DNA of 59,752 nt, filler included, from 4 parts of 4 records of this genome joined end to end with filler, not necessarily neighbours in it; one strand, 5' to 3'. Positions 1 to 11,870 are shown, numbered from the whole stretch's first letter. Notes: generated from the letters alone by a model not told the origin. Program-made: numbers and translations.

Positions 1-30
1 AAAGGGCGATGTGATCACATCGCCCTTTTT
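1..30. terminator. Intrinsic terminator downstream of clpB (perfect 28-bp palindrome)
   Basis: AAAGGGCGATGTGA/TCACATCGCCCTTT inverted repeat with A/T tracts, directly after the clpB stop. Confidence 0.8.
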
Positions 31-34
31 AATT

Positions 35-2638
35 TTAAGCAGCTTCGTCGTTTGCCGCTTTGATGGTTTTAAAGTTCAACCGGTCTGAACCGCTTAGTAC
101 TTTGACCGTCGTGCCATCCAATATGTCGCCACTTAGGATTTTCTCCGCGAGTGGATCTTGGACATATTTCTGGATCACCCGTTTAAGAGGACGTGCGCCA
201 TAGGCCGGATCATAGCCTTTATCGGCAATCCATTGACGTGCGCTCTCATCGAGCTGAAGCGTAATTTTGCGGTCAGCAAGCAAGGCTTCAAGTCGTTTCA
301 GTTGGATATCAACGATCTGGCCCATATCTTCGCGTTTTAGGCGATGGAACAAAATGGTATCATCCACACGGTTTAAGAACTCAGGACGGAATGCACCGCG
401 TAGCACATTCATCACGTCTTCTCGCACCAGCTCAACATCTTGATCCTCGGTCAGATTGACAAGAAACTCTGAACCAATGTTTGACGTCATGATGATCAGC
501 GTATTTTTGAAGTCGACTGTCCGGCCTTGACCATCTGTTAGGCGACCATCATCGAGAACTTGCAATAGAACGTTGAACACATCTGGATGGGCTTTTTCGA
601 TCTCGTCAAACAAGATGACCTGATAGGGACGACGACGCACCGCTTCTGTAAGCAAGCCGCCTTCGTCATAACCAACATAGCCTGGAGGCGCACCGATCAA
701 ACGTGAAACGGCATGTTTCTCCATGAATTCAGACATATCAATGCGTACCATCGCTTGATCATCATCAAACAGGAAGTTTGCCAATGCCTTGGTCAGCTCA
801 GTTTTACCAACGCCTGTTGGTCCCAAAAAGATAAATGAGCCCAGCGGACGGTTCGGATCTTGCAACCCTGCACGCGCACGCCGTACAGCTTTGGAAACTG
901 CTTGCACAGCTTCGCCTTGGCCAACGATGCGTTTTGCGATCTCGTCTTCCATGCGCAACAGTTTGCCACGCTCACCTTCAAGCATTTTATCGACAGGAAC
1001 GCCGGTCCAGCGCGAAACTATATGCGCGATGTGTTCAGGCGTTACAGTTTCTTCGACCATGTTTGTGTCATCATCATGGGCTGTTTCGGCTGTTGCAAGC
1101 TTGGCTTCCAACTCTGGGATCACACCATAGGTAAGCTCACCAGCGCGTTGAAACTCGCCTGTGCGCTGCGCTGTTGCCAACTGGTTGCGCGCATCCTCCA
1201 ATGCGCGTTTAAGGTCAGCTGCTGTCCCCAGTTTAGCCTTTTCAGCCTGCCAGTTCATCGTGATTGTCGATGATTTTTCTTCTAGCTCGACAAGCTCTGT
1301 TTCGAGTTTCTCAAGCCGGTCTTTTGATGCGGCATCTTTTTCGACACGCAAAGCTTCGCGCTCGATTTTTAGCTGCATAATGCGCCGGTCAATCTCGTCG
1401 AGCACTTCAGGTTTGGAATCGACCTGCATACGAAGACGTGATGCAGCTTCGTCCACCAAGTCGATTGCTTTGTCTGGCAAAAAGCGGTCGGTGATATAAC
1501 GATTAGACAAGGTCGCAGCGGATACGAGCGCTGTATCAGAGATACGCACTTTGTGGTGCTGCTCGTATTTTTCTTTCAAGCCGCGCAGAATTGAGATCGT
1601 GTCTTCAACCGATGGCTCATTGACCATGACCGGTTGGAAACGACGCGCGAGCGCGGGATCTTTTTCCACGTGCTTGCGGTACTCGTCTAGCGTTGTCGCG
1701 CCGACACAGTGCAGCTCACCGCGCGCAAGCGCAGGTTTCAGCAAGTTGGACGCATCCATCGCGCCATCGGCCTTACCGGCGCCGACAAGCGTGTGCATTT
1801 CGTCGATGAATAGGATGATTTGGCCAGCTTCTGCCTGCACTTCGTTGAGCACTGCTTTCAGACGCTCTTCAAACTCACCGCGATATTTTGCGCCCGCAAT
1901 CAGCGCGCCCATATCGAGCGCCATTAGCTTTTTATCGCGCAAAGATTCTGGCACATCACCATCGATAATGCGCTGTGCCAAGCCTTCGGCAATCGCTGTT
2001 TTACCAACGCCAGGTTCACCAATGAGCACAGGATTGTTTTTCGTGCGGCGCGATAAAACCTGCATTGCACGGCGAATTTCGTCGTCACGTCCAATGACTG
2101 GATCGAGGCGGCCATCCCGTGCGTCTGCTGTTAGGTCACGCGCATATTTTTTCAATGCGTCATAGCCTTGTTCGGCTGTGGCGCTGTCTGCTGTGCGGCC
2201 TTTTCTAATGTCATTGATCGCGATGTTTAGTCCGGCTGGCGTTACGCCCGCTTTGGCCAAAATATCAGCGGTTTTTGCCGATTTTTCCATCGCCAATGCC
2301 AATAATAGGCGTTCGACCGTAACAAAGCTGTCGCCAGCTTTTTTGGCTACTTCTTCAGCTGTTTTAAATACTTTGGCGAGTGGTGCAGCCATATATAGCT
2401 GGCCATTGCCGCCTTCAACTTTCGGCAATGCTTTAAGTGCAGCGTTGACGGCGAGGCGGACATCTTTTGACCGGCCACCGGCACGATCGATTAATCCAGC
2501 AGCCATGCCTTCATTGTCGTCCACGAGCACTTTGAGCAGGTGTTCCGGTGTAAACTGCTGGTGGCTTTCGCCCATCGCATAGGTTTGTGCGGATTGAATA
2601 AAACCACGCACGCGTTCTGAGTATAGTTCAATGTTCAT
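35..2638 (-). CDS. clpB: ATP-dependent chaperone ClpB
   Basis: Two AAA+ modules ([16 protein letters not shown]), middle coiled-coil domain, GARPLKR motif; ATG at 2638 (MNIE) follows a GGAG RBS. Confidence 0.97.
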   Translation of the reverse strand: MNIELYSERVRGFIQSAQTYAMGESHQQFTPEHLLKVLVDDNEGMAAGLIDRAGGRSKDVRLAVNAALKALPKVEGGNGQLYMAAPLAKVFKTAEEVAKKAGDSFVTVERLLLALAMEKSAKTADILAKAGVTPAGLNIAINDIRKGRTADSATAEQGYDALKKYARDLTADARDGRLDPVIGRDDEIRRAMQVLSRRTKNNPVLIGEPGVGKTAIAEGLAQRIIDGDVPESLRDKKLMALDMGALIAGAKYRGEFEERLKAVLNEVQAEAGQIILFIDEMHTLVGAGKADGAMDASNLLKPALARGELHCVGATTLDEYRKHVEKDPALARRFQPVMVNEPSVEDTISILRGLKEKYEQHHKVRISDTALVSAATLSNRYITDRFLPDKAIDLVDEAASRLRMQVDSKPEVLDEIDRRIMQLKIEREALRVEKDAASKDRLEKLETELVELEEKSSTITMNWQAEKAKLGTAADLKRALEDARNQLATAQRTGEFQRAGELTYGVIPELEAKLATAETAHDDDTNMVEETVTPEHIAHIVSRWTGVPVDKMLEGERGKLLRMEDEIAKRIVGQGEAVQAVSKAVRRARAGLQDPNRPLGSFIFLGPTGVGKTELTKALANFLFDDDQAMVRIDMSEFMEKHAVSRLIGAPPGYVGYDEGGLLTEAVRRRPYQVILFDEIEKAHPDVFNVLLQVLDDGRLTDGQGRTVDFKNTLIIMTSNIGSEFLVNLTEDQDVELVREDVMNVLRGAFRPEFLNRVDDTILFHRLKREDMGQIVDIQLKRLEALLADRKITLQLDESARQWIADKGYDPAYGARPLKRVIQKYVQDPLAEKILSGDILDGTTVKVLSGSDRLNFKTIKAANDEAA

Positions 2639-2793
2639 TTCTGTCTCCAATCTGGCGGCCCCCTCTTAAGAGCAGTAGCCGGTTTGTGATCGATGACGGG
2701 TTCCCTAATGGCATTCGGGTCGGGCAAACTGTTTGATTGGTGTGCTCAAATTTTGAATGCTATCGTTGGCGGCAAACCCCTTCGTCTCATCTG

Positions 2794-2821
2794 ATATGGT
2801 ATCTCAAAGAGTGTTTGCAAA
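2794..2821 (-). promoter_or_regulatory. Putative RpoH (sigma32) promoter of clpB
   Basis: Minus strand reads TTTG-N18-CCATAT, close to the alphaproteobacterial RpoH consensus, upstream of a heat-shock gene. Confidence 0.5.
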
Positions 2822-2840
2822 GAGTTGACGGAAATAAAAC

Positions 2841-2875
2841 AAAGCCCGCCTGAACCAAATGTTCAAGCGGGCTTT
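2841..2875 (-). terminator. Intrinsic terminator after the DUF4167-like gene
   Basis: AAAGCCCGCcTGAAC-caaat-GTTCAaGCGGGCTTT hairpin. Confidence 0.75.
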
Positions 2876-2902
2876 AAAAAGTTTAGCGTTTAGAGGGCTG
2901 TG

Positions 2903-3673
2903 CTACTCAGCAGCAGGCTCAATTGAACGCTCCTCTTGCGCTTCCGCTGGTTTGGCAACTACTTCTTTAGGTACGCGTGGTTTGCGCGGTGCACGTTTTT
3001 TCGGCACGGCTACCTCTGCGGCAACTTCCGCGACAGCTTCAGGGGTTGGCTGTGCTGGTTGCAACGCAACAGTTTCAGGCTCGCTTGCAACCGGCTTTGG
3101 TTTAGGTGCTTTGCGCGGCGCTTCAGCGACTACTTGCTCATCGTTACCATTTGACTGACCGTCAGCGGCAATATCGTTTTCACGATTTTGGTCGCGGTTG
3201 TTATCGCGATTACGATTACGGTTGTTGCGGTTGCGATTATTGCGGTTGTTGTCCGGTTGGCCATCATTTTGGCCATTATTCGACTGACCATTGTTTGATT
3301 GGTTGTTGTTTGACTGATTATCGCTGTTGTTATTTGACTGCGAATTATCGTCGTCACCATCTGCATTGTCTGATTGATCGTCATCATCGCGCGGTTGCTG
3401 AACTGGCGTCGCGGCCATGATGATGCGCGTATAGTGCTCAGCATGTTGCAAATAATTTTCAGCCATTACCGGATCGCCAGCCGAAGTCGCATCACGCGCT
3501 AGCTGATTGTATTTATCAGCAATAATCTGCGGATTTCCCCGAATTTTAATATCTGGGCCGTTGCTTTCATAGCTACGTGATAGTGGATTTTGATTTCTAC
3601 GATTATTGTTATTGTTGTTATTATTATTGCTACCGCGATTTCGTGGGCGGCGACCCTGCTGTTGTGGTCTCAT
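2903..3673 (-). CDS. DUF4167-family protein with Asn/Arg-rich low-complexity regions
   Basis: YESNGPDIKIRG...AENYLQHAEHY motif; usual position between prmC and clpB in alphaproteobacteria. Confidence 0.88.
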   Translation of the reverse strand: MRPQQQGRRPRNRGSNNNNNNNNNRRNQNPLSRSYESNGPDIKIRGNPQIIADKYNQLARDATSAGDPVMAENYLQHAEHYTRIIMAATPVQQPRDDDDQSDNADGDDDNSQSNNNSDNQSNNNQSNNGQSNNGQNDGQPDNNRNNRNRNNRNRNRDNNRDQNRENDIAADGQSNGNDEQVVAEAPRKAPKPKPVASEPETVALQPAQPTPEAVAEVAAEVAVPKKRAPRKPRVPKEVVAKPAEAQEERSIEPAAE

Positions 3674-3926
3674 CTAAATCTCATTTTACCGTTTAGAAAT
3701 GGATGCATTGGCTTTCGCCATGCGTAAGTATTTTCAGTTTGCTATTCACTTTACGCGGAGTGTTCTTATGAGAAATTCTGCTTTCGGAGAAATTTCTATC
3801 GCGTTTTCAGTGAATTAGATTTCTGTTATTGGCCGGACTTTGGTCTCTCAGCCTTGTATAGAATTGGTAGCGTCCAACGACGCTGTTGCCAAGTGCTAAA
3901 TTGTTCTTTTTTACTCTTTTTTTAGA

Positions 3927-4796
3927 TTATGCGAAAAAAAGTGTACGATTTTGACCATTTAGGTCGTTTCTTGCATCTAATAAATTATATCCAGCGGCTT
4001 CAAAAAACGCTGTAACGCTTAATTTCTGATCATATCCGATTTCGACAGCGATTCGTCCGCTCGATTTGAGAAATGGTGCAGAATTTTTTGCGATTATTTT
4101 GTAGGCATCAAGCCCATCTGTGCCACCATCAAGGGCGAGCATTGGATCGTGGATACGTACATCAATCTCCAATTCTTCAATTATACTGCTCGCAATATAT
4201 GGCGGATTTGAGACGATGAGATCAAATTGACCTGAAACGGCTTCGAACCAGTTAGATTTTAGAGGGGTAAACCGTGCGTCTAAATTGTGCTTTACAGCAT
4301 TTTGCGCCGCGACTTGAAGAGCCGCTGCTTCCAGATCAACACCTGTTGCCAGCGCCTTTGGTTCTTGGCTTAGAATGGCAAGAGCGATAGCGCCAGTGCC
4401 CGTGCCCAAATCAAGTATAGTACAAGTGCCGGTTTCTAATATTCGTTCTTTCACAAAGGGCAGAACCATATCCACCAGAACTTCCGTGTCAGGTCTTGGA
4501 ATAAGCGTTGCTTCCCCCAGCTCTAATTCGAGGCCGTAGAAATCTCGATGACCAAGAATACGGTGCACCGGCTCACGCGCGGTGCGGCGTTCAACATAAT
4601 TTCCAAACCCAATTATTTGGCTTTCGTTCATGGGTCTATCGGGATTGGATATGCGATCAAGCCGCGTCGCACCGCAGGCATGTTCAAGCAGCAATGATGC
4701 GTCTAGGTCTGCCGTGGGCAGGTCTTCTTTTTTGAAAATCACACGCGCTTTTTGAAACGCGGCTTCAATTGTCAAAGGCAGTTCAAAAGCGCCCAT
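3927..4796 (-). CDS. prmC: Release factor glutamine methyltransferase
   Basis: LIPRPDTE, LDLGTGTG and SNPPYI motifs; directly downstream of prfA. Confidence 0.96.
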   Translation of the reverse strand: MGAFELPLTIEAAFQKARVIFKKEDLPTADLDASLLLEHACGATRLDRISNPDRPMNESQIIGFGNYVERRTAREPVHRILGHRDFYGLELELGEATLIPRPDTEVLVDMVLPFVKERILETGTCTILDLGTGTGAIALAILSQEPKALATGVDLEAAALQVAAQNAVKHNLDARFTPLKSNWFEAVSGQFDLIVSNPPYIASSIIEELEIDVRIHDPMLALDGGTDGLDAYKIIAKNSAPFLKSSGRIAVEIGYDQKLSVTAFFEAAGYNLLDARNDLNGQNRTLFFA

Positions 4797-4798
4797 CT

Positions 4799-5875
4799 TT
4801 AGCTGTCGAGATTTTCTGTCAGAAGATTGGTCTGATGATCTGCGATCAATGGGTTGATAATATCGGCCAAGTCCCCCTCCATCACACGGTCCAACTTGTA
4901 TAAAGTCAGGTTTATGCGGTGGTCAGTGACGCGCCCTTGCGGGAAGTTATATGTCCGAATGCGTTCTGACCTGTCGCCAGAGCCGACTTGCAGACGCCGG
5001 TTTTCTGAGCGTTCATCGGCGGCTTTTTGACGTTCCATATCATAAAGTCGCGCGCGCAGAACTTCCATCGCGCGGGCACGGTTTTGGTGTTGCGATTTTT
5101 CAGAGGACGTGACTACAACGCCAGAGGGGATGTGTGTAATGCGCACCGCACTGTCGGTGGTGTTAACGTGCTGTCCGCCTGCGCCTGATGCACGCATGGT
5201 GTCGATGCGAATATCTTCCGTGCGGATTTCGATATCAACGGATTCAGCGACCGGAAGAACGGCAACGGTTGCTGCTGATGTGTGAACACGGCCGCCGGAT
5301 TCTGTTTCTGGCACACGCTGAACGCGGTGAACGCCGGACTCAAATTTGAGCTTCGCAAACACATTGCGACCGGTGACTGTCGCGATGATCTCTTTATATC
5401 CGCCTGCATCGCCTTCACTTGAGGATAATACTTCAACCTTCCAACCATTTTCGGTCGCGAAACGCTCATACATGCGGAACAAATCACCAGCAAACATGGC
5501 GGCCTCTAGACCGCCCGTACCGGCGCGAATTTCCAAAATCGCACTTTTGCTGTCGGCTTCGTCTTTAGGCAAAAGCAGCAGGTGAATTTCATCTTGCAGC
5601 GTTTCGAGTTGCGTCGTCAGCTCGCGGTTTTCCGCTTCAGCCATCGCGCGCATTTCTTTATCTGTATCTGGGTCTTCCATCATATGGAGGATATCGACGA
5701 GTTCAGCAGATTTTTCGCGATAGGAACGAATTTTTTTCACGATTTCTTCGAGATCGGAATATTCGCTTGCTAATTTTACGTAGGTTTCCGCATCAGGGCC
5801 TTCAGCCATCTGCGCTTCGAGCATTTCGAAGCGCTTGACCATCTGATCCATTTTATCGCTGGGTAGTTCAATCAT
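4799..5875 (-). CDS. prfA: Peptide chain release factor 1
   Basis: GAGGQHVN (GGQ), [14 protein letters not shown] and RIRTYNFPQ motifs. Confidence 0.97.
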   Translation of the reverse strand: MIELPSDKMDQMVKRFEMLEAQMAEGPDAETYVKLASEYSDLEEIVKKIRSYREKSAELVDILHMMEDPDTDKEMRAMAEAENRELTTQLETLQDEIHLLLLPKDEADSKSAILEIRAGTGGLEAAMFAGDLFRMYERFATENGWKVEVLSSSEGDAGGYKEIIATVTGRNVFAKLKFESGVHRVQRVPETESGGRVHTSAATVAVLPVAESVDIEIRTEDIRIDTMRASGAGGQHVNTTDSAVRITHIPSGVVVTSSEKSQHQNRARAMEVLRARLYDMERQKAADERSENRRLQVGSGDRSERIRTYNFPQGRVTDHRINLTLYKLDRVMEGDLADIINPLIADHQTNLLTENLDS

Positions 5876-5904
5876 GTTTGATGCAAAATCTTTGGCTTAT
5901 CCGC

Positions 5905-8172
5905 CTAGAGCGGAATATTGTGCTGTTCGGCAAAATCTTCAATCAGGGTGCGCGCGCATACGGAACTTGTTTCATCTTCGAGCGCAGGCAAAAGTTCTGC
6001 CCGTAATAAAGCAATGTCTGTTTTTCGCAATGCGTCTTTTATCGGGCCAATAGCCGATGGAGACATCGATGTTTTTGTGATGCCCAATGCAAGGATCGCG
6101 AGCGCGGTGACGGGCCTGCCTGCAATTTCGCCGCAGAGCGTCAACGACGTTTGATGCTTATCTGCCTTTTCAGCGATTTTCTTAAGCGCGCGCAAAAATG
6201 GCAAGCCAAGCGTATCAAACCGGCCTGCAACGCGGATATTGCCGCGATCAGCCGCTGTGAAAAACTGGAATAAATCATTTGAGCCAATCGACACGAAGTC
6301 CGCTTCGCGCATTAGATTGTCCAAATCGAAAAGTAAGCTTGGCACTTCTAGCATAGCGCCAACTTCGATGTCCGTTGGCATTTCGTAGCCGAACTTGGAG
6401 AGATGTTCGATTTCGTGATCAATCAAATCGCGGGTTTGCTTGAGTTCCATCACTTCTGAAATCATGGGAACCATGACCCGAAGCGCACGGCCGCCGGAAG
6501 CGCGTAAAAGTCCGCGAATTTGTGTTTTAAATAGGCCTGGCCGGTCGAGGGCAAGGCGAATGGCCCGCCAACCCAATGCAGGGTTTTCCTCATCGGGTGA
6601 ATTGCGGAAATAGGGCAGCACTTTATCGCCGCCAATATCGAGCGTGCGGAATGTGACCGGCTTATCTTTTGCGCCATCCAAAACGGCGCGGTAAAATTTT
6701 TCCTGCGCTTCTGCTTTGGGGAATGTCGATGCGACCATAAATTGAAGCTCGGTGCGAAAGAGGCCAATGCCTTCTGCGCCAGACTCATCCAATTGCGGCA
6801 GGTCCACCATCAGGCCCGCGTTCATTTTCAATGAAAATGCTACGCCATCTTTAGTGACAGACGGCTCAAGGCGAAGCGCTTTATATTCTTCTTGCCTCTT
6901 GGCTCTAAAGCGAACCTTGTCCGCAAAGGATGCTTGAATGTCGGGCTGCGGTCTTACATGTACATCGCCATTAAGACCATCAACGATGATTGCATCATTG
7001 TTCTCACATACGGCAACGATTCCTTTTGCTTGGCCGACAACAGGAATACCCATTGCGCGCGCAACAATAACAATATGGCTCGTCGGGCCGCCATCTTCTA
7101 AGACTAGGCCGCGGATGTTTTCGCGTGGGTAATCGAGCAATTCAGCAGCGCCCATGGTCCGCGCTAATAAGATAGCATCGTCGGGTAGTTCGTGGCTTTT
7201 GCCTTCGCTATTGCCAATAAGCTGGCGCAGCAGCCGGTTTGCCAGATCGTCAAAATCGTTCAGGCGCTCGCGCAAAAACGGGTCCATGACATTGCCCATT
7301 TTAACGCGCATATCGCTTTGCACTTTTTCAACGCCAGCTTCTGCCGTCAGACCGTTATTAATTGCCTCTTCAAGCCGGCGCACCCAGCCTTTATCGTGGG
7401 CAAACATGCGATAAGTTTCGAGTATTTCGCGGTGTTCACCTTCAAAGGCGACATCGCGGCGCGACAACATATCGTCAATGGTGACGCGTAAACCGCGAAG
7501 CGCAGTATCAAGGCGCTCGATTTCGGCGTCAGAATCTTCGTTGAAGAGGTTTTTAACTTCAACACGAGGCTCGTGCAGGACAACATGGCCCAGGCCGATG
7601 CCGTCTGACAGAGATTTTCCCTTATGGGTAACGGGTCGATCAAGATCGAGTTCAACACCCGTTGAGGATAGGCCCTTCAAATCACCTTGAGCAATCAACT
7701 CACCAATGACCATCGCGACGGTCTCCATCGCTTCGGTTTCCATTTCGGTATAGGTCCGTGGATCGACGTTCTGGATAACGAGCACGCCGAGGGTGCGGCC
7801 AGCGCGCAAAATAGGCACGCCAAGAAACCCATTATAAAGTTCTTCGCCTGTCTCTGGCAGATATTGGAAAGCAGGGTGTTTTTGTGCATCTGACAGGTTA
7901 AGCGCACGTGATGACGCCGCGATCGTACCCACCAAACCTTGGCCGAGTTTCAATTGCGATAAGTGAACCGCATTCTTGTTCAAACCAACCGTCGCATATA
8001 GTTCAAGAACTCTGTCGGCGCGCAGAACATAGGTTGAGCACACTTCGGCGACCATCGAATGGGCGATTTGATCGACGATCTGGTCAAGACGGACTTGCGG
8101 CTCCATCGGCTCGGCCATGATAGCGCGAAGCCTTTTCAGCAATTGTCGTGGACCTGTGTCTACGTTTCGCAT
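5905..8172 (-). CDS. ptsP: GAF-containing PEP-protein phosphotransferase EI(Ntr)
   Basis: N-terminal GAF domain, TSH phospho-His motif, GIGLFRTE and SIGSNDL; lysC-ptsP-prfA synteny. Confidence 0.95.
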   Translation of the reverse strand: MRNVDTGPRQLLKRLRAIMAEPMEPQVRLDQIVDQIAHSMVAEVCSTYVLRADRVLELYATVGLNKNAVHLSQLKLGQGLVGTIAASSRALNLSDAQKHPAFQYLPETGEELYNGFLGVPILRAGRTLGVLVIQNVDPRTYTEMETEAMETVAMVIGELIAQGDLKGLSSTGVELDLDRPVTHKGKSLSDGIGLGHVVLHEPRVEVKNLFNEDSDAEIERLDTALRGLRVTIDDMLSRRDVAFEGEHREILETYRMFAHDKGWVRRLEEAINNGLTAEAGVEKVQSDMRVKMGNVMDPFLRERLNDFDDLANRLLRQLIGNSEGKSHELPDDAILLARTMGAAELLDYPRENIRGLVLEDGGPTSHIVIVARAMGIPVVGQAKGIVAVCENNDAIIVDGLNGDVHVRPQPDIQASFADKVRFRAKRQEEYKALRLEPSVTKDGVAFSLKMNAGLMVDLPQLDESGAEGIGLFRTELQFMVASTFPKAEAQEKFYRAVLDGAKDKPVTFRTLDIGGDKVLPYFRNSPDEENPALGWRAIRLALDRPGLFKTQIRGLLRASGGRALRVMVPMISEVMELKQTRDLIDHEIEHLSKFGYEMPTDIEVGAMLEVPSLLFDLDNLMREADFVSIGSNDLFQFFTAADRGNIRVAGRFDTLGLPFLRALKKIAEKADKHQTSLTLCGEIAGRPVTALAILALGITKTSMSPSAIGPIKDALRKTDIALLRAELLPALEDETSSVCARTLIEDFAEQHNIPL

Positions 8173-8238
8173 TAAGCCGCCATTTCCTCAGGGCATTGCC
8201 CTATTCGCAAGCCCTTTTATCGTAAAATGGGCTGTAAC

Positions 8239-9492
8239 TTACGCCTTGTCGAGGCCATAAACGCTGTGAAGTGTGCGCACAGCCAATTCAGCATAAGGGC
8301 CATCGATCAAAATCGAAATCTTTATTTCAGATGTCGTGATCGCGCGAATGTTAATGCCTTTTTGCGCAAGGGCTTTAAAGGCAGTTGCTGCGACACCAGC
8401 ATGCGAGCGCATGCCAATGCCAATAACAGAGACTTTAACAAGGCCAGCCTCTGATTGCACCTCATTGTAGCCAATTTCAGTTTTATTGGCGGCTAAAAGT
8501 GCTGTGGCCTTGTCCAAATCACCTGATGGAACGGTGAAGGTCATATCTGTGAAATTGCCATCACTTGATATGTTTTGAACGATCATATCGACGTTGATGC
8601 CACCATCGGCCATTGGACCAAAGATTGCAGCAGAAACGCCAGGCCGGTCATTTAAGCGACGTAAGGAAATTTGGGCTTCGTCTTTTGCATAGGCGATGCC
8701 GGTAACAGTCTGCTTTTCCACGATTTCATCCTCATCACAAATCAGCGTGCCGGGCGGATTGTCAAAATCACCCATTCCAGGCGCATCCGGTGCTTCAAAA
8801 CTTGAACGCACAAATGTGCGCACATTATGCAGCATAGCCAGCTCGACAGAGCGGACTTGCAAAACTTTTGCGCCCAGCGAAGCCATTTCCAACATTTCCT
8901 CGTAGGAAACTTTTGAAAGGCGGCGCGCGCGTGGCTCAATGCGTGGATCGGTCGTATAAACACCGTCCACATCCGTATAAATATCGCAGCGATCAGCTTT
9001 GATCGCGGCAGCCAGCGCTACAGCGCTTGTATCTGAACCGCCACGGCCCAGCGTTGCGATGCGGTTATCAGGGCCAATTCCTTGGAACCCGGCAACGACG
9101 GCGACCTGTCCCAATGAAAAACGGCGCACGAGTTCTGAGCCATCAATGTCTTGAATGCGCGCGGCACCATGGGCATTGTCGGTTTTGATCGGTATTTGCC
9201 ATCCCTGCCATGAGCGCGCATCAACACCCATGTGCTGCAGCGTGATCGCTAAAAGGCCGGCTGTTACTTGTTCGCCTGAGGCAACGATTGCATCATATTC
9301 GCGCGCATCATGCATCGGCGATGCTTCGCGGGTAAGCGCGACAAGCTCATTGGTCTTGCCAGCCATAGCTGAAACGACCACCGCAATTTGATGGCCAGCA
9401 TCAATTTCGCGTTTCACATGTCGTGCAACATTGCGAATGCGTTCAAGATCGGCGACGGAAGTGCCGCCAAATTTCATGACTATGCGTGCCAT
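8239..9492 (-). CDS. lysC: Aspartate kinase
   Basis: MARIVMKFGGTS start at 9492 (the ORF-track extension to 9765 is spurious), TLGRGGSD motif, C-terminal ACT domains. Confidence 0.95.
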   Translation of the reverse strand: MARIVMKFGGTSVADLERIRNVARHVKREIDAGHQIAVVVSAMAGKTNELVALTREASPMHDAREYDAIVASGEQVTAGLLAITLQHMGVDARSWQGWQIPIKTDNAHGAARIQDIDGSELVRRFSLGQVAVVAGFQGIGPDNRIATLGRGGSDTSAVALAAAIKADRCDIYTDVDGVYTTDPRIEPRARRLSKVSYEEMLEMASLGAKVLQVRSVELAMLHNVRTFVRSSFEAPDAPGMGDFDNPPGTLICDEDEIVEKQTVTGIAYAKDEAQISLRRLNDRPGVSAAIFGPMADGGINVDMIVQNISSDGNFTDMTFTVPSGDLDKATALLAANKTEIGYNEVQSEAGLVKVSVIGIGMRSHAGVAATAFKALAQKGINIRAITTSEIKISILIDGPYAELAVRTLHSVYGLDKA

Positions 9493-9661
9493 TTTAGAAT
9501 GCTCAAAATAATATTTATGTTCACGAACTTTAGTTGGGCGCTGCATAGCGAAAAGCGACGAGAACCGCAAGCGGCTCGCTATCGGATACACTGCGACCCT
9601 GTGCCCCTTGACTTTGAGGGTGCTAAGTTCAATTTCAACTGGATAGAAAAGGATTGAGCTT

Positions 9662-10405
9662 GTGAGTAATAAAGCAACGACAATTGACCAAGAAGATGTA
9701 GACCGTTTTTCGCGCATGGCTGCGGAATGGTGGGATCCAACAGGTAAATTTAAACCGCTGCACAAGTTTAATCCGGTGCGGCTGCGCTATATTCGCGAGA
9801 CCGTGCTTTCTCATTTTGGTTTGGATGGGACATCGCCAAAACCGTTTGAGGGTTTGCGATTACTCGACATTGGTTGCGGTGGTGGTTTGTTGTGCGAGCC
9901 GATGGCGCGGCTTGGCGCATCGGTTGTGGGCGCGGATGCGTCAGAGAAAAATATCGAAGTTGCTAAAATTCATGCGCGCCAATCAGATCTTGATATTGAT
10001 TACCGCGCGACAACGTCAGAAGCGATGGAAGCTGCTGGCGAAAAATTCGACGTCATTTTGAATATGGAAGTTGTCGAGCATGTGTCCGATGTGGATTTGT
10101 TCTTAAAATCCTGCGCGGCGATGGTAAAACCGGGCGGTCTGATCTTTATCGCCACCATAAATCGCACGCCAAAAGCCAGGGCATTGGCTATTTTCATGGC
10201 TGAGAATGTTCTGCGTTGGTTGCCGCGCGGCACCCATCAATATGAAAAACTGGTAAAACCAAGTGAAGTCGAAGCGGCTTTGTCCGATACAGGCGTTTCC
10301 ATTTTCAAGAAAAGCGGTGTCTTCTACCATCCTCTGGGTGATGAATGGCGCCTATCGAGTGATATGGATGTCAATTATATGGTCGTTGCCAAGCGCGAAG
10401 CTTAA
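9662..10405 (+). CDS. ubiG: Ubiquinone biosynthesis O-methyltransferase
   Basis: [26 protein letters not shown] and MEVVEHV motifs; divergent from lysC. Confidence 0.95.
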   Translation: MSNKATTIDQEDVDRFSRMAAEWWDPTGKFKPLHKFNPVRLRYIRETVLSHFGLDGTSPKPFEGLRLLDIGCGGGLLCEPMARLGASVVGADASEKNIEVAKIHARQSDLDIDYRATTSEAMEAAGEKFDVILNMEVVEHVSDVDLFLKSCAAMVKPGGLIFIATINRTPKARALAIFMAENVLRWLPRGTHQYEKLVKPSEVEAALSDTGVSIFKKSGVFYHPLGDEWRLSSDMDVNYMVVAKREA

Positions 10406-10534
10406 TTAATTTAGCTCTTCGGGCACATCGGGCAATGGCATGAGCGCGATACCTTCATCAAGCAATTCGGTAATATCGTTTGATGATGCGGTGCCATATA
10501 TGGAGCGCTTTTCGGTTTCGCCATAATGGATTTT
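10406..10534 (-). CDS. DUF1178-family protein, C-terminal fragment (contig edge)
   Basis: Manual translation KIHYGETEKRSIYGTASSNDITELLDEGIALMPLPDVPEELN*; convergent with ubiG as in Rhizobiales. Confidence 0.75.
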   Translation of the reverse strand, partial: KIHYGETEKRSIYGTASSNDITELLDEGIALMPLPDVPEELN

Positions 10535-10634
10535 NNNNNNNNNNNNNNNNNNNNNNNNNNNNNNNNNNNNNNNNNNNNTTAATTAATTAANNNNNNNNNN
10601 NNNNNNNNNNNNNNNNNNNNNNNNNNNNNNNNNN
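10535..10634. other. Artificial contig linker
   Basis: 44 N + TTAATTAATTAA (stops in all frames) + 44 N. Confidence 0.99.
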
Positions 10635-11268
10635 TTAGTTCGCGCAATTCGCCGATGAATACAAAATCAGCGGCATTGGCGTCCAACGCAACGGGCAAAA
10701 ATTCTTTTTCAGAAATGCCGTTATAGATTACACGCGTAGGGCAAGTCGGTTCGCCCACTTTGCTTATATATGTTTTTTGTTCGTGGGCAGCGACGAAGAC
10801 AATTTGATCCGTATAGCGCTCTAATCCGCGCTCGACCTTAAAATACAAATTTCCCGCGTTGGATTCTGGATCAAAGTGAAGGCTGCCGCCGTGAGGTGAA
10901 TAAATGCGCGCTGGCTTTTTGCCTTTAACGCGCGTTAGCGTGCCACACAACCTCGAAAATAGTCCACCTTTTGCGCCATGCCCATGAACGACATCTGGAC
11001 TATGTTTTGCGAGTATATTACGAATTCTCGCGGCTGCGAAAATATCTCTTGCGCCGACATTTTTATCCATAGAGACGCGCGTTACGCCTAGCGCAATTTT
11101 CTCGGATAGTTTTTCAAGCATTGCTTCATTGTAACCGGAATTACCTGCGACATCGCAGATTACGCCGACATTATGCCCTTGCGCGGTGTGTGCGAGCGCT
11201 AGATCACGAACATGGCGAAGAACCCCGCCCATTGGAGCGCGAAGTATATGGATAATCGTCAAACTCAT
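10635..11268 (-). CDS. GT4 glycosyltransferase, UppD-like, truncated by contig end
   Basis: RAPMGGVLRHV, HGHGAKGG, YSPHGGSLH and FIGELR motifs; position in an upp-type cluster. Confidence 0.85.
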
Positions 11269-11297
11269 ATTACCCGCCCCGTTAAATTTTCAGGATA

Positions 11298-11870
11298 TTA
11301 AAATATCCGTTCGCGCACGTAAATGGTGTCGCCCGGCAAGACAGGGTCAGAGATTCGAACCCGTCCAGTCATCACCTTACCATTAATTTGGCGCGTAATA
11401 TCAGCATTTTGTTGATTGGCCCGTGTTGTAAAGCCACCGGCACCAGCAACAGCCATCTGCATTGTCATGCCTGGGCGATACGCATATTGGCCAGCTGCAC
11501 CCACTTCACCCATAACGAAAATTGTGCGGTAGGCGGCAACTTCAACGGAAACGTCGGGATCGCGCAAATAGCCGGATTTTAATTTGGCGGCAATATCGCC
11601 TTCCATCTGCTGCACTGTTCGCCCACGGGCCGCAACGGCACCAACCAATGGGAATGATATATAGCCGGATTGATCAACATTATAGGAATTTGTTAGGTCA
11701 GCTTGACCGAACACGGTAACGCGAACCTGATCGCCAGCATCTAACAGGTAGGGTTGATTGATCGCCTCGTGAAAAGCAGGAGGCGCGGGCCGATATCCAG
11801 TACAGCCGCTTATGCCCACTAGGCTTGCGGCTAAAAACAAAGCTCCAAGATTTTGTTTAAGGTTAATCAT
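11298..11870 (-). CDS. Polysaccharide export lipoprotein (Wza/UppC-like)
   Basis: Lipobox ISGC, YLLDAGD..VTVFGQ Poly_export motif, SLBB domain. Confidence 0.9.
   Translation of the reverse strand: MINLKQNLGALFLAASLVGISGCTGYRPAPPAFHEAINQPYLLDAGDQVRVTVFGQADLTNSYNVDQSGYISFPLVGAVAARGRTVQQMEGDIAAKLKSGYLRDPDVSVEVAAYRTIFVMGEVGAAGQYAYRPGMTMQMAVAGAGGFTTRANQQNADITRQINGKVMTGRVRISDPVLPGDTIYVRERIF

Noticed and set aside
158-2582. Many antisense ORFs over clpB and other core genes
   Set aside because: Shadow ORFs caused by codon bias; no motifs or independent signals
3170-3640. Asn/Arg codon repeats (NNNNN, NRNRN) resembling tandem repeats or an array
   Set aside because: Low-complexity coding sequence typical of DUF4167 proteins; no repeat-spacer structure
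9493-9765. Apparent 91-aa N-terminal extension of LysC (similarly the RplM, TrxA and ClpB extensions in the ORF track)
   Set aside because: Artefacts of longest-ORF calling; the canonical starts lie downstream and the LysC extension overlaps the divergent ubiG
10579-10590. TTAATTAATTAA repeated three times in the window
   Set aside because: Always centred in exactly 44+44 N; an assembly spacer, not a biological repeat
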